Origin: Eledone cirrhosa
Taxonomy: Eukaryota
Length of the DNA stretch: 64,000 bases
Assembly: GCA_964016885.1 (NCBI GenBank)
Contig: CAXHJY010001738.1
Coordinates: 372,001-436,000 of the forward strand
Direction of reading: 5' to 3'
The position numbers and the translations under genes were made by a program. The stretch's first letter is position 1. Each line of letters opens with the position of its first letter. Under the pieces are notes generated by a model. That model had not been told where the DNA came from and ran no database searches. It saw only the letters and a list, made by a program, of their open reading frames with translations. This document shows positions 27,946-53,675 of this stretch, in pieces.

Positions 27946-29500
27946 TTAAGAGGACTTTAATGTTGGAGAAGTGTTTAGACGGGGTCCGTATTTGTTAATG
28001 AAGTAAGATTCCTTGCTGATGCGCTGGGTGTGGGTGGCATTATCTTTAAATTTGTAGAGGGGAAAGATTCTGAAGTTGGGATGATTTTGGGCGGCACAAG
28101 TATCAATGTGTTCACTCAGTGGTATTTTCCTGTATTCCCGTATTTTGATTTGGGATCTATGGACAGTCATGCGTTGGCGGAGGCTGTTTTTGGTCTGGCC
28201 TATGTATTGTTCTCGTCAACCTGAACAAGTTAATACATATATTATATTTTCCGATGCACATGTGAAATTGTGTTTTACTATAAAACGTTGTCCATCTTTG
28301 AAATAGAATTCCGAACCCTCTATTAGGTTGATGCAAATGCCACAGTTGGGTCTATCGCATTTTTTTACTGTGGGTTTCGTTGTTGTGGTTGGCAGTACTT
28401 TGGCATGTGTTAAGATGTTTTTCATTGACTTGGATTGTCTTTTGCTCTTTATGATATCGTGTGTTCGTAGAATTTGGTTCATTCTATGGTCCTTTTTCAA
28501 TACAGGGATGTTCTGGAGGATGGTGTCAAAGGCCTCATTGTTGAGGGGGTTGTGTGTGGAGATGTATGGAAGAGCTTTTAGTTTTGGTTGATTTACTTTA
28601 GGGTGTCTAAGGTCCTGGGTACTGAGTTTTAGGGCACGTTGGATTCCATTGTCAATTAGTGATGCAGGGTAGTCCCTGCCTATGAGTGTGTCCTTTAGTT
28701 CTTGTAGCCGTAAGTAGCAGATGTTTTTATTGGAGACTATAGTACAGATTCTCTTGGCTAAGTTGTAGGGAATATTAATTTTAACGTGTCTAGGGTGGCA
28801 AGAGTTGAAGGGGAGATATTGCTTGGAGTCTGTGGGCTTGTAGTATATGTCTGTTTCTATTTTTTTGTTATGGATCTTAATGAGGATGTCGAGGAAGGGG
28901 AGTTGTTGATGGCTGTATTCCATCGTGAAGTTAATATTTGTGTTGAGCCCATTTATAAGGGTGTGAAATTCTTTAAGTTTTTCGATGCTTTCGTGCCAAA
29001 GGATGAAGCAGTCATCTAGATATCGCTTCCAGTTCCTTTCAATGTGTAAGTGGAGGGTGTTTCCAAATTTGTTTAGGACTTTAGTGTAGAGGGTGATTTC
29101 CAGGTATCCCATGACTAGGTTGGCATAAGTGGGGGCTGTTTTCGTTCCATAGCGGTCCCGGATTTCTGTCTGTAGGGTTTGTTATTGAAAACGAGGTAAT
29201 TGTTCTTCAAGATAAATTTGAGTCCCTCTATCACGAATTCTTTTTTGATGCGTTGTGGGAGTTCATTGTGGAAATTATCCAGCCAGAATTGGATAGCTTC
29301 TATTCCTAGGTTGTGGGGGATGTTGGAGTATAGGTTGACTACATCGAACGTCACTAGTAGGGTTTGTTCAGAAAGTGGCATATTAGGGAGGTGATTGAGC
29401 ATATCTAGGTCGTCCCTTATATAGCTTTTGATGTGCTTGAGGAAGGGTTTGTGGAGGGTATCAATGAAGTTGCTCAGTAGACAGGTCGGGTAGTTGGCCT
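27946..29500 (-). pseudogene. PLE RT + GIY-YIG, 5' truncated, one frameshift near 29140 and one in-frame TGA at 28216
   Basis: LVTFDVVNLYSNIPH, SGTAM, WKRYLDDCF, LPFLDILI, YYKPTD, CDRPNCGIC, NIIYVLTCSG*REQYIG, KESYFI...LN. Confidence 0.93.
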
Positions 29501-29655
29501 TGATAAGCTTCAACAAAAGCGAAACATGTCATGTCGGCTTATCTCCCCTGTTTGCTGAGATCAAAGTGAGTGAATTTGTCACTACTTTAAAACAATAGCT
29601 TACGGTCTTCAAAATGCTTTTAATTAAGCATAAAGTGTATTGCAAAATACATTAT
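29500..29655 (+). mobile_element. Inverted pLTR piece at the 5' truncation point, starting within an HHR
   Basis: TTGATAA-GCTT-CAACAA-AAGC-GAAA-CATG-TC followed by a tail running into TA repeats. Confidence 0.6.
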
Positions 29656-29698
29656 ATATACATCCATATATATATTGCTATTTCAGAGCTCCAATTCT

Positions 29699-29699
<1 letters not shown>

Positions 29700-29731
<32 letters not shown>

Positions 29732-29869
29732 GCATATATATATATATGCATATATATATACATATATATATATATATACATATATATATATGCATATATA
29801 TATACATATATGTATATACATATATATATATGCATATATATATACATATATATATGCATATATATATAC

Positions 29870-29900
<31 letters not shown>

Positions 29901-29939
29901 CATATATACATACATATATATATATACATATATACATAC

Positions 29940-29970
<31 letters not shown>

Positions 29971-31439
29971 CATACATATATATATATATATACATACATA
30001 TATATATATACATATATACATACATATATATATACATATATACATACATATATACATACATATATATATATACATACATATATACATACATATATATATA
30101 TACATATATACATACATATATACATACATATATATATATACATACATATATATATATACATATATACATACATATATATATATACATACATATATATATA
30201 TACATACATATATATATATACATATATACATACATATATATATATACATATATACATACATATATATATATACATATATACATACATATATATATATACA
30301 TACATATATATATATACATATATACATACATATATATATATATATATATACATACATATATATATATATACATATATATATATACATACATATATATATA
30401 TACATATATACATACATATATATATATACATATATACATACATATATATATATACATACATATATATATATACATATATACATACATATATATATATACA
30501 TACATATATATATATATATACATACATATATATATATACATACATATATATATATACATACATATATATATATACATATATACAGACATATATATATATA
30601 TACATACATATATATATATACATATATACAGACATATATATATATACATACATATATATATATATACATATATACATACATATATATATATACATACATA
30701 CATATATATACATATATACATACATATATATATATATACATACATATATATATATACATATATACATATACATATATATACATATATACATATACATATA
30801 TATACATATATATATATACATATATATATATACATATATATATATACATATATACATACATATATACATACATATATATATATACATATATACATACATA
30901 TATACATACATATATATATATACATATATACATACATATATATATATACATATATACATACATATATATATACATATATATATACATATATACATACATA
31001 TATATATATACATATATACATACATATATATATATACATATATACATACATATATATACATATATACATACATATATATATATACATATATACATACAGA
31101 TATATATATACATATATACATACATATATATATATATATATACATACATACATACATATATATATACATATATACATACATATATATATATATGCATACA
31201 TACATACATATATATATATATACATATATACATACATATATATATATACATACATATATATATACATATACATACATATATATATACATACATATATATA
31301 TACATATACATACATATATATATATACATACATATATATATACATATATATAAAACATATACATACATATATATATATACATATATATATATACATATAC
31401 ATACTATATATATATATATACATATATATATATACATAC

Positions 31440-31470
<31 letters not shown>

Positions 31471-32027
31471 CATACATATATATATATACATATATACATA
31501 TATATATACATATATATATACATATATATATACATATATATATACATATATATATATACATATATATACATATATATATACACATATATATACATATATA
31601 TATACATATATATACATATACATATATATATACACATATATATATACATATATATATATATACATATATATATATACATATATATATACACATATATATA
31701 TACACATATATATATACACATATATATATACACATATATATATACACATATATATATATACACATATACATATACACATATATAGATATATACATATATA
31801 TATACACATATATATATATATACATATATATATACACATATATATATATATACATATATATACATATATATATATATACATATATATACATATATATATA
31901 TACATATATATATATACACATATATATATATATACATATATATACATATATATATACATATATATACATATATATATACATATATACATATATATACATA
32001 TATATATACATATATATATATATATGC

Positions 32028-32066
<39 letters not shown>

Positions 32067-32129
32067 CACATATATATATATATATATACATACATATATA
32101 TATATACATACATATATATATATAGATAC

Positions 32130-32174
<45 letters not shown>

Positions 32175-32689
32175 CATATATATATATACATATATATATA
32201 TACATATACATATATACATATACATATATATATATACATATATATATATACATATACATATATACATATATATATACATATACATATATATATACATATA
32301 TATATACATATATATATACATATATATGCATATATATACATATATATATACATATATATACATATAGATATACATATACATATATATATACATATATATA
32401 TACATATATATATACATATATATATACATATATATATATATACATATATATATACATACATATATATATACATATATATATACATATATATATATATATA
32501 CATATATACATATATATACATATATACATATATATACATATATATATACATATATATACATATATATATACATATATATATACATATACATATACATATA
32601 TATATACATATATATATACATATATATATACATATACATATATATATATATACATATATACATATATATACATATATACATATATATAC

Positions 32690-32720
<31 letters not shown>

Positions 32721-32721
32721 C

Positions 32722-32768
<47 letters not shown>

Positions 32769-32810
32769 CATATACATATACATATATATATACATATACA
32801 TATATATACA
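29700..32810. repeat. Compound (TA)n/(TACA)n microsatellite array
   Basis: 3.1 kb of TA with C interruptions. Confidence 0.98.
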
Positions 32811-33725
32811 TCTAATGAAAACTTAAAATATATAAATAAAGGATGTTGCTATCCACCTATAGTTTTTAAAAACCTTATCCCTAATATTAGCCGTAGGATC
32901 TCCACCCTCTCTACCTCAGAAGCTATTTTTAATAAGGCATCCCCCTACTATAATAAAGCCCTCCAAAATAGCGGCTTTAGCGAACCGATTAAATACATAC
33001 CTAACTACACTAACTCTATTAAACATAAAAACAGGAAAAGAAAAATAATCTGGTTCACACCCCCCTACTCTCTAGCAGTTAAAACTAATGTAGGCAAAAA
33101 ATTCCTTGAGCTCCTAGATAAACATTTCCCTAGAACACATAGATACTATAAGATCTTTAACAGAAACTGTGTCAAAATTAGCTATTCCTGCGGTCCCCCT
33201 ATTAAGTCCTATATCCTCAACAAAATATCACCTAGAGAAAATCAAACTTGCTCCTGTAGAATCAAAAGTGAATGCCCATTACAAGGTAAACGCAACACCA
33301 AAGCCATTGTATATGCGGCTAAAGTGACAACCATCAGCAACAACCATCCAGTCACCAGTGAACGATATGTGGGTATGACACAAGACAAATTCAAAACGCG
33401 TTATTACTCACATGTCGCATCCTTTCGACATCCAGAAAAAAGATTTACAACAGCTCTGGCTAGCAGAATTTGGGATTTGAAAGACCAAGGCATCCAATAT
33501 AAATTAGATTGATCAATTTTGAACCAATCTAAAGAATATGCTAGAGGAACAAGAAAATGCACGCTCTGCATAAATGAAAAATATTGGATATTGCAAAATC
33601 TAAAATCACCAAAGACCTGCCTGAACACAAAGACGGAAATTTTCACCAGTTGCCCACACATGAAATCACACCTGCTTCCCAGCTCATATAAACTTAACAC
33701 ACTTTCAGATACTTATCCTCCATAA
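32811..33725 (+). pseudogene. PLE thumb + GIY-YIG fragment; Trp codon mutated to TGA at 33510
   Basis: [52 protein letters not shown]...YVGMT...FKTRY, CTLCINEK. Confidence 0.92.
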
Positions 33726-34143
33726 ACTCTTATTATTCTCTTTTTAATTACCCTTTCTGACTTACTTTCATTTTTATCCTTGTCATTAATTTCATTTATT
33801 TTTATTTTTATTTTTACTTCACATCCACCAATAACCCCCCCCCCCTTTATTCTCCGATTCACTTTCCATTTTTTACTTCCCCTTTTTTTTTACTTCCCTT
33901 TTTCCTTCACTAACTGATTATACTTGTCATTTGTGTTTTCCAATCCAGATATATTTTTCATTTTTATTTTTATTTTTTTATTTTTGCGCAGCCAATCTTA
34001 CAATTTTATATTTGTACTTACTTATCCACAAGTTTTTTACACCCTGTATCAATATGGCTGAACGCCTTAATGTGTGTATACTTTCTATATATGTACATGA
34101 GCGACTACGTATGTGCGCGCGCGTGCGTGTATGTATATATATG

Positions 34144-34176
<33 letters not shown>

Positions 34177-34904
34177 GTGTGTGTGTATGTATATATTGTG
34201 CGTATGTGTATGTGTCTTTATATCCGTGTTTTGACATCTAGGTTTTATGTTTTGTTCCTTTTTTCTTCTCCCCCCCTTTTTTTACTTACTCATCTTTATG
34301 CGTGTGCATGCAAACAGGTCAATATGCGTGAGTGTAAGTATGTGTGTGTGTGTGTGTGTATGTACGTATCGAACGTATGGATGTGTAAGTGTGCGTGTGT
34401 ATATAAGCATGTATATTTTTGCGTCTCTTTTGTGAGATATGCGTGTCTGTGTATGTATGTACCCTTTTTTGTCTTCTTTTCTTTAATTTTTTCTTTCTAA
34501 TTTATTGTTCCATTTTTATAAATATACCGAGATTGATACTTTCCTTTAATTATTACACTCCCTTACCTCTTTTACTTCCGCATCTAAGTGTACGTGTGTG
34601 TAGGTGTGTTTATGCGCGCGCCTTCATATTCATATTCTTATGATGTATCTATTCTGTCTGTAGATTACAGACATACAGATACATTTGCCCTAAATTTGAT
34701 ATTAACGCACACTTTTTCACTATACGTATACATATGTGCATACACATATATGCACATCTGTGAGCGTATATACATACATATACTCACACCTAACTATATT
34801 TCTTGATAGATTATTATATAATTCAATTTCTAATTCATTTGTCTATATTTTTTATTTTTTTTATTTTCTTGACGAGACTTTCCAAGTATTTACCCATGTT
34901 CTAT

Positions 34905-34982
34905 ATTGCCTCGTCTGACGAACGAATGAAGACGTTTCTTTCGTATTCGCCTCATTCGGGAAACCTCTGGTAATGAGGTAAT
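34905..34982 (+). ncRNA. Type I hammerhead ribozyme ending the 32811-35010 PLE
   Basis: 10-bp stem I ATTGCCTCGT/ATGAGGTAAT; CTGACGA; stem II CGAATGA/TCATTCG; GAAA-CC-TCT-GG-TA. Confidence 0.85.
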
Positions 34983-35009
34983 TATATTGTATTGATTTTT
35001 ATACATTAC

Positions 35010-35207
35010 ATATATATATACATATATATATACATACATATATATATATATATACATATATACATATATATATATACATATATATATATACATATATATA
35101 TATACATATATATATATACATATATATATATATACATATATATATATACATATATATATATACACATATATATATATACATATATATATATACATATATA
35201 TATATAC

Positions 35208-35238
<31 letters not shown>

Positions 35239-35872
35239 CATATATATATATACATATATATATATATACATATATATATATACATATATATATACATATA
35301 CATATATATATATACATATATATATACATATACATATATACATATATATATACATATATACATATATATATACATATACATATATATATATACATATATA
35401 TATATACATATATATATACATATATATATACATATATATATACATATATATATACATATATACATACATATATATATACATATATACATACATATATACA
35501 TACATATATATATATACATACATATATACATACATATATATATATACATATATACATACATATATACATACATATATATATATACATACATATATATATA
35601 TACATATATACATACATATATATATATACATACATATATATATATATACATACATATATATATATACATATATACATACATATATATATATACATATATA
35701 CATACATATATATATATACATATATACATACATATATATATACATAGCATATATATATACATATATACATACATATATATATACATACATATATATATAC
35801 ATATATATATACATATATATATACATACATATATACATATATATATACATATATATATACATATATACATAC

Positions 35873-35910
<38 letters not shown>

Positions 35911-36051
35911 ATACATATATATATATACATATATATATACATATATATATACATATATATATATACATATATATATACATATATATATACATATATATAT
36001 ACATATATATATACATATATATATATATACATACATATATATATATATACA

Positions 36052-36083
<32 letters not shown>

Positions 36084-36157
36084 ACATACATATATATATA
36101 CATACATATATATACATATATATATATATATACATATATATATACATATATATATAC

Positions 36158-36190
<33 letters not shown>

Positions 36191-36262
36191 CATACATATA
36201 AATATATATACATATATATATACATATATATATATATACATACATATAAATATATATATATA
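35010..36262. repeat. (TA)n/(TACA)n array
   Basis: Direct inspection. Confidence 0.98.
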
Positions 36263-36747
36263 TATCTTTAAGTCGTTTGGAAGCCTCGACAATGCAAATG
36301 GGTAAATCTCCGGGTAACAAGGTCCGGTGATGGAGAGAGAGATGTAAGTGGGTGTACGTTGAGATGCGTGGTGTGTATAAGATGTGTGAGATGTGTAGAA
36401 TGGAGGAAGAGTATAAAGGATAAAAATAAAAATAATAACACAAGAGAGAGTTACCTTGGGAGAGATTTAATTGTCCCTACATATTTCGGATTCACATACA
36501 TCAACTAGGGTTTTTTTCCGGGGTGGGGGAAAAGGTTGTCTGTCGGACAAGTCCGGAAGGCGTCTTTCGCTGTTTGCTGATTTGAATATCTGAGGTATTC
36601 GGCAGAGCGCGCGTGCGCGTGAAATGGGGTCGGTCGTACAAAGGTCAGCGGCCGAATGAGGGAGTGGGATGGCGCTAGCTGTCAGTCCATTCTCTGCCTG
36701 TTTGTTATATGTTACTGTGTGTGTGTGTGCGTGTGTTGTTGTCTCGC

Positions 36748-36830
<83 letters not shown>

Positions 36831-38255
36831 GTTGCCTTGTTCATCTGTATTGGCAGTGTAGTATGTTCGTATGGTGGAATGCTACAATGTGTGTGTGTGT
36901 GTGGTTGTCTCGTTTGCGTGTGTGTGCGTGTGTTGTGTCTTGTTGCATCGCTTGTTAACTTAAACCAGCCATTTCATTTTGCTTCTCTCTAATCGGTTGT
37001 TTATTTGCGGTTGCAGGCGTTTGATAAAAAGTGCTTCCTTGATACGTAACGTACCGACGTTTCTTTCAGTCGCTAGAATTGTGACAATGGGCCTTCCGTC
37101 TTTGTTTCCGCATTTGTCTATGTGTTTCCGGAAAGACGAGGCCCTGGTTTTAGTGTGTTCCTTGATCCGGATGTGCAAAGGTCGAATTGTGCTACCTATG
37201 TAGTATTGGTTGCACCTGTCACATTCTATCTTATACACGACGTATGTGCGTAGGCAACAGTTAGCATGGCGTATCGGGCAGTCTCTGAGGGAGCATACGT
37301 CAATAGATTTTTCGGGTTTCCTGGAGAGGCATCTTCGCAGGGAGGGGCCCGAGTGGGCCAGGTGGATGTCGAGGCCCTCCCTCCGTATAGCCTTGCGGAT
37401 AGCGTTGGTGGTTTTCTCGCCCAGGTGTGGCATTTTAAGGAAGCACTTGCCTTGGGTGTTTCTCTGTCTCTTGCGTCTGGTGTCTCCTATTCTGTCTGTG
37501 ATCGAGGTAGGGTACCCGTTCGTCTCCAGCACCTCGAGGAATCGCTTGGTATGAGTGACACCATTCGCGGGATCGCTGCATCTGTTTTGATTCGCGCGAT
37601 CTCGTTCGTGATGTATCCTCTTTTGGCACTGTTAGGGAGGGCGGACTTGTAGTGAACGAATAGGTCCCTGCAGGCTGCCTTTCTGTAGAAGTTGCAGTGG
37701 ATCCCTCCCACACACACACACACACACACACTCAAGCGAGACAACAACACACGCACACACACACACAGTAACATCTAACAAACAGGCAGAGAATGGACTG
37801 ACAACTAGCGCCATCCCACTCCCTCATTCGGCCGCTGACCTTTGTACGACCGACCCCATTTCACGCGCACTCTGCCGAATACCTCAGATATTCAAATCAG
37901 CAAACAGCGAAAGACGCCTTCCGGACTTGTGCGACAGACAACCTTTTCCCCCACCCGGAAAAAAACCCAGTTGATGGATGTGAATCCGAAATATATAGGG
38001 ACTATTAAATCTCTCCCAAGGTAACTCTCTCTTGTGTTGTTATTTTTATCCTTTTACTCTTCCCTCCATTCTACACATCTCACACATCTTATACACACCA
38101 CGCATCTCAACGTACACCCACTTACATCTCTCTCTCCATCACCGGACCTTGTTACCCGGAGATTTACCCATTTGCATTGTCGAGGCTTCCAAACGACTTA
38201 AAGATATTTACTTATTATTCCACAATGCTTCAAGCAAACTTCAATACTCTCTTAT
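36263..38255 (-). mobile_element. Truncated PLE with about 490-bp inverted arms (36263-36750 and about 37730-38206)
   Basis: Arms are reverse complements around a thumb/GIY-YIG coding fragment. Confidence 0.9.
36960..37705 (-). pseudogene. PLE thumb + GIY-YIG fragment
   Basis: FYRKAACRDLFVHYKSALP; NGYP; CSLRDCPI; VVYKIECDRCNQYYIGSTIRPLHIRIKEH; IKEALFIKRLQPQIN. Confidence 0.92.
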
Positions 38256-38355
38256 ATATAATATATACAAATATATATTTACATATATATATATAACATA
38301 TATATTTACATATATATATTTACATATATATATATATATACATATATATATTTAC

Positions 38356-38404
<49 letters not shown>

Positions 38405-38508
38405 CATATATATACATATATATATATATACATATATATATTTACATATAATATATATACATATATATATTTACATATATATATATATATATACATATAT
38501 ATATTTAC

Positions 38509-38567
<59 letters not shown>

Positions 38568-38582
38568 CATATATATATTTAC

Positions 38583-38619
<37 letters not shown>

Positions 38620-38752
38620 CATATATATATTTACATATATATATATATATACATATATATATTTACATATATATATATATATACATATATATATTTACAT
38701 ATATATATATATATATACATATATATATTTACATATATATATATATATATAC

Positions 38753-38785
<33 letters not shown>

Positions 38786-38786
38786 C

Positions 38787-39364
<578 letters not shown>

Positions 39365-39408
39365 ATATATATATATGTATATATATATATATACATATAT
39401 ATATATAC

Positions 39409-39645
<237 letters not shown>

Positions 39646-39646
39646 C

Positions 39647-39770
<124 letters not shown>

Positions 39771-39771
39771 C

Positions 39772-39856
<85 letters not shown>

Positions 39857-39860
<4 letters not shown>

Positions 39861-40060
39861 TAAACGGAATAGAAAATGCTGACAAATTGTTCACAGTTGA
39901 AAAATGGTTTAATTAGGAATAAAAACAGTATTAGTGATTGTATGGGTTAGTATTCAGTTGAGGTTTTAAGTTTTTAAGTTTTTACCGGTTGCGCATTTCT
40001 AAATGCTTTTCAAAAATAATTTTGAGATAGAGTGTCCGTGCTGTTTGCTCTGATCTGATT
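39857..40060 (-). mobile_element. Family E copy
   Basis: Near-identical to 9849-10047. Confidence 0.85.
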
Positions 40061-40074
40061 AGTTTTGGGAATTC

Positions 40075-40302
40075 TACTGTTTTTAAGTTAAAAAAGTGGC
40101 TCCAGCGTTATTTTTGTGTTGCAAAAATGCTTGTGGTCAAAACAATTTTGATTGGTCGGTAGAGGTCATGTGAATGTAAAAAGTTGATTTTGCGCCAAGA
40201 CTGTTTTTATGTTAAAAAAGTGGCTCCAGCAAAATTCTTGGTCAAAACAATTTTGATTGGTCGGTAGAGGTCATGTGGATAAAAAATTGGTTTTGCGCCA
40301 AG
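40075..40302. repeat. Tandem duplication of an approximately 120-bp unit
   Basis: GTTAAAAAAGTGGCTCCAGC...GGTCGGTAGAGGTCATGTG...GCGCCAAGA occurs twice. Confidence 0.8.
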
Positions 40303-40502
40303 ATTGAGAAATGACTCTTTCACAACAAATATGTGTGTGTGTGTGTGTGTAGTAGTAGTAAGGTGTTCGATGCTGCGACAATGGCCAGCAGCGATGTGTG
40401 TCAAATGGCTATTAAGATAAGTGTGTGTGTGTGTGTGTGTGTGTATAGCAGAGTCATTCGATGGTCAAAAGATATTTTTCAGCTTTTGTCTTATACGGAG
40501 AA

Positions 40503-40596
<94 letters not shown>

Positions 40597-40645
40597 GTCT
40601 CTTTGTATGTTGATGTACGCGTGTGTGTATGTGTTTGTGCATATA

Positions 40646-40686
<41 letters not shown>

Positions 40687-41002
40687 ACCAGTATTTTTTC
40701 CCCCTGGTAAAATGGTGTACATTATTCGATTTTTTCAGTAAAATCGGTTCTCTTAATAGAACATCAAAAATCTTAACAATAAAAGGTGTGAAATGATATT
40801 CACTATATATATATATACACATACATATATCCACTACATATATATATATATATACATATATACATACATATATATGCACATATATTTCTTTGTATTGCAC
40901 CATAGAGCATGTGTGTTTACGTGTGTCATTGTGTTTATATGTGGGTAGAGATGTGTGCTGATGTAGGTATGTATGTTGACGTGTGTATGTTGTGGGTTCG
41001 TC

Positions 41003-41200
41003 TTAGGGAGAAGTGTTTAGACGGGGTCCGTATTTGTTAATGAAGTAAGATTCCTTGCTGATGCGCTGGGTGTGGGTGGCATTATCTTTAAATTTGTAGA
41101 GGGGAAAGATTCTGAAGTTGGGATGATTTTGGGCGGCACAGGTATCAATGTGTTCACTCAGTGGTATTTTCCTGTATTCCCGTATTTTAATTTGGGATCT
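41003..41200 (-). pseudogene. GIY-YIG C-terminal fragment of the same PLE family as 27946-29500
   Basis: Near-identical DNA to 27965-28160. Confidence 0.9.
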
Positions 41201-41204
41201 ATAT

Positions 41205-41255
<51 letters not shown>

Positions 41256-41372
41256 TATATATATATACATACATATATATATATATACATACATATATAT
41301 ATATATACATACATATATATATACATATATATATATACATACATATATATATATATATATATACATACATAC

Positions 41373-41403
<31 letters not shown>

Positions 41404-41405
41404 CA

Positions 41406-42013
41406 TGGTGGCTGCCAACTCGTTTTCGAGTACGGCCACTACTTTATATCCATGTAGGAGAACCCCTACCGAAGCGCTGAACGAGTGTGACTTTTTAGTC
41501 CAGCCAGCGACTTGAAAACTCTGGTACAAACACTACACTTGTGACAATTATTGACACATAGTGCTGGGCCCATGGTACCATGTGACGGCAAGTGCAGAGA
41601 GATCTCCAGATATAAAGCAATGCCTGTGCCGTGAAGCTTTTATAGTGAGCAAAGGCACTGCACAAAGCCAGTCCCACTCTCTTAACCAAGATGATATTTA
41701 CCAAAAAGAAGAACAAGTCAACATCATTGGATCCATCAGGGTTGCAGGTGTTATATCAGAGTTTTCCTTCTCCTAGAATTCTGCCTTGACAAAGGCTAAG
41801 GGGTCATCTCTCCCGGTGATTTTGGATGGCCATTGACTCTTAAGAGCTCCTTTGCCCTTTGACAGGTTTTGTTTTTAGTCCTGCAGGATGTCCAAAGTCA
41901 CCCTCCTCACCAAGAAACCTTGGTGGGGTTGCCAGTTTAGTCGCCAACGACCCGACCATGAGACAGGTTGTACTGGGATACATGTTACCAGTAGCACCAA
42001 CTGGTGACCTGAC
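41406..42013 (-). mobile_element. Full copy of the RTE-like non-autonomous element
   Basis: Reverse complement of 14145-14760 with the same ends. Confidence 0.85.
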
Positions 42014-44658
<2,645 letters not shown>

Positions 44659-44874
44659 TATCGTTTCTGAATTTGTTTAGCAAGATTCTTTATCTGAAAT
44701 CGTGTGTTGAAACCGATATTGTTATACTTTGGGAGGGTCATGTTGCCAATAAGAAACACACGCACCAGTTGCTTTCACTTCAATTTAATTTAATATATAT
44801 TTATAAATTTACAAATTTATAAATTTCTGGTTGGTTGGTTGGTTCCACAACCAGATAGTTGTTTATATATATAT

Positions 44875-44919
44875 AGTCATAGTTCTTTCGTCACACACTC
44901 TGTGACCTCTTCAGTGACT
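44875..44919 (-). ncRNA. Minimal type I hammerhead ribozyme
   Basis: Reverse complement of 45058-45102. Confidence 0.8.
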
Positions 44920-45057
44920 GGGGATTTCTTTCTTCGTTTCTGTGCCTTTCCTTTCTTCTATCCTACGCCATTTTGTTTGTGTGTGGCAACCCACACACAA
45001 ACAAAATGGCGTAGGATAGAAGAAAGGAAAGGCACAGAAACGAAGAAAGAAATCCCC

Positions 45058-45102
45058 AGTCACTGAAGAGGTCACAGAGTGTGTGACGAAAGAACTATGA
45101 CT
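45058..45102 (+). ncRNA. Minimal type I hammerhead ribozyme
   Basis: AGTCA-CTGAAGA-G-GTCACA-GAGTG-TGTGAC-GAAA-GAAC-TA-TGACT. Confidence 0.8.
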
Positions 45103-45260
45103 ATATATATATAAACAACTATCTGGTTGTGGAACCAACCAACCAACCAGAAATTTATAAATTTGTAAATTTATAAATATATATTAAATTAAATTGAAGT
45201 GAAAGCAACTGGTGCGTGTGTTTCTTATTGGCAACATGACCCTCCCAAAGTATAACAATA

Positions 45261-46366
<1,106 letters not shown>

Positions 46367-47082
46367 AATTAAGTTAAAAGTGTACATCCACATATGTATA
46401 CTGAAATACTAGTATGCATATAAATACACACACGTATACATATGTACATGTACCGAGTTTTTCACTGGACACTTTACTGTGAGTGTCCAGCTAGTCTGTA
46501 TGTAACCAAACAGACAAACCGGGTTTTAGAGTCATACGGGTTTTCAAGGAAACACCTTTCCTCTATTCTCCAGAGAGCCAGACAGGAACATTGGACTAGT
46601 TTCGATGTTATTACATCTCATCAGCAATAAATACCCATCTTCCGGCCTCTCTAGAGAATCGTAAAAGCACATATCGTTATATGCTTTTTCTATGAAAATT
46701 AGTAGTGGGCAGACTAATTTGCATAGAACGTGAGTCATTGTACGCACCGGTTCAGCGGAAACGATAAAAACAAATAACTAGTCCAATGTTCCTGTGTGGC
46801 TCTGTGGAGAATAGAGGAAAGGTGTTTCCTTGAAAACCCGTATGACTCTAAAACCCGGTTTGTCTGTTTGGTTACATACAGACTAGCTGGACACTCACAG
46901 TAAAGTGTCCAGTGAAAAACTCGGTACATGTACATATGTATACGTGTGTGTATTTATATGCATACTAGTATTTCAGTATACATATGTGGATGTACACTTT
47001 TAACTTAATTGTTTAAGCGTCAGTCATACAAAAGTGAGTTACAAACGAAACGAAATTTAATTTCGTTTCGTTATTTGTTTCA
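46367..47082. mobile_element. Fold-back insertion; arms 46367-46601 and 46776-47010; longer right tail
   Basis: About 235-bp reverse-complement match; TA flanks; no confident HHR fold. Confidence 0.85.
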
Positions 47083-52789
<5,707 letters not shown>

Positions 52790-52968
52790 CATATATATAT
52801 ACATATATATATACATATATATATACATATATATATACATATATATATACATATATATATACATATATATATACATACATATATATATATATACATACAT
52901 ATATATATATACATATATATACATATATACATATATATACATATATATACATATATACATATATATAC

Positions 52969-53003
<35 letters not shown>

Positions 53004-53290
53004 CATATATATACATATATACATATATATACATATATATACATATATACATATATATACATATATATACATATATATATATATACATATATATACATAT
53101 ATACATATATATACATATATATATATATACATATATATACATATATATATATACATATATATACATATATATACATATATATACATATATATACATATAT
53201 ATACATATATATATATATACATATATATATACATATATACATATATATACATATATATATACATATATACATATATATACATATATATAC

Positions 53291-53321
<31 letters not shown>

Positions 53322-53560
53322 CATATATATATACATATATATATATATACATATATATACATATATATATACATACATATATATATACATACATATATAT
53401 ATACATATATATATACATATATATACATATATATACATATATACATATATATACATATATATATATATACATATATATACATATATATATATATACATAT
53501 ATATACATATATATATATATATACATACATATATATATATATACATACATATATATATAT

Positions 53561-53625
<65 letters not shown>

Positions 53626-53626
53626 C

Positions 53627-53675
<49 letters not shown>

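Larger units (their letters stand above)
44659..45260. mobile_element. Near-perfect palindrome (centre near 44988) with two outward-facing HHRs, 5' UTR and PLE ORF start
   Basis: 44717-44986 mirrors 44991-45260. Confidence 0.92.

Noticed and set aside
33510-33512. TGA as a recoded codon
   Set aside because: Aligns to the conserved Trp (LKW/INW/LNW in related fragments); simple TGG to TGA decay.
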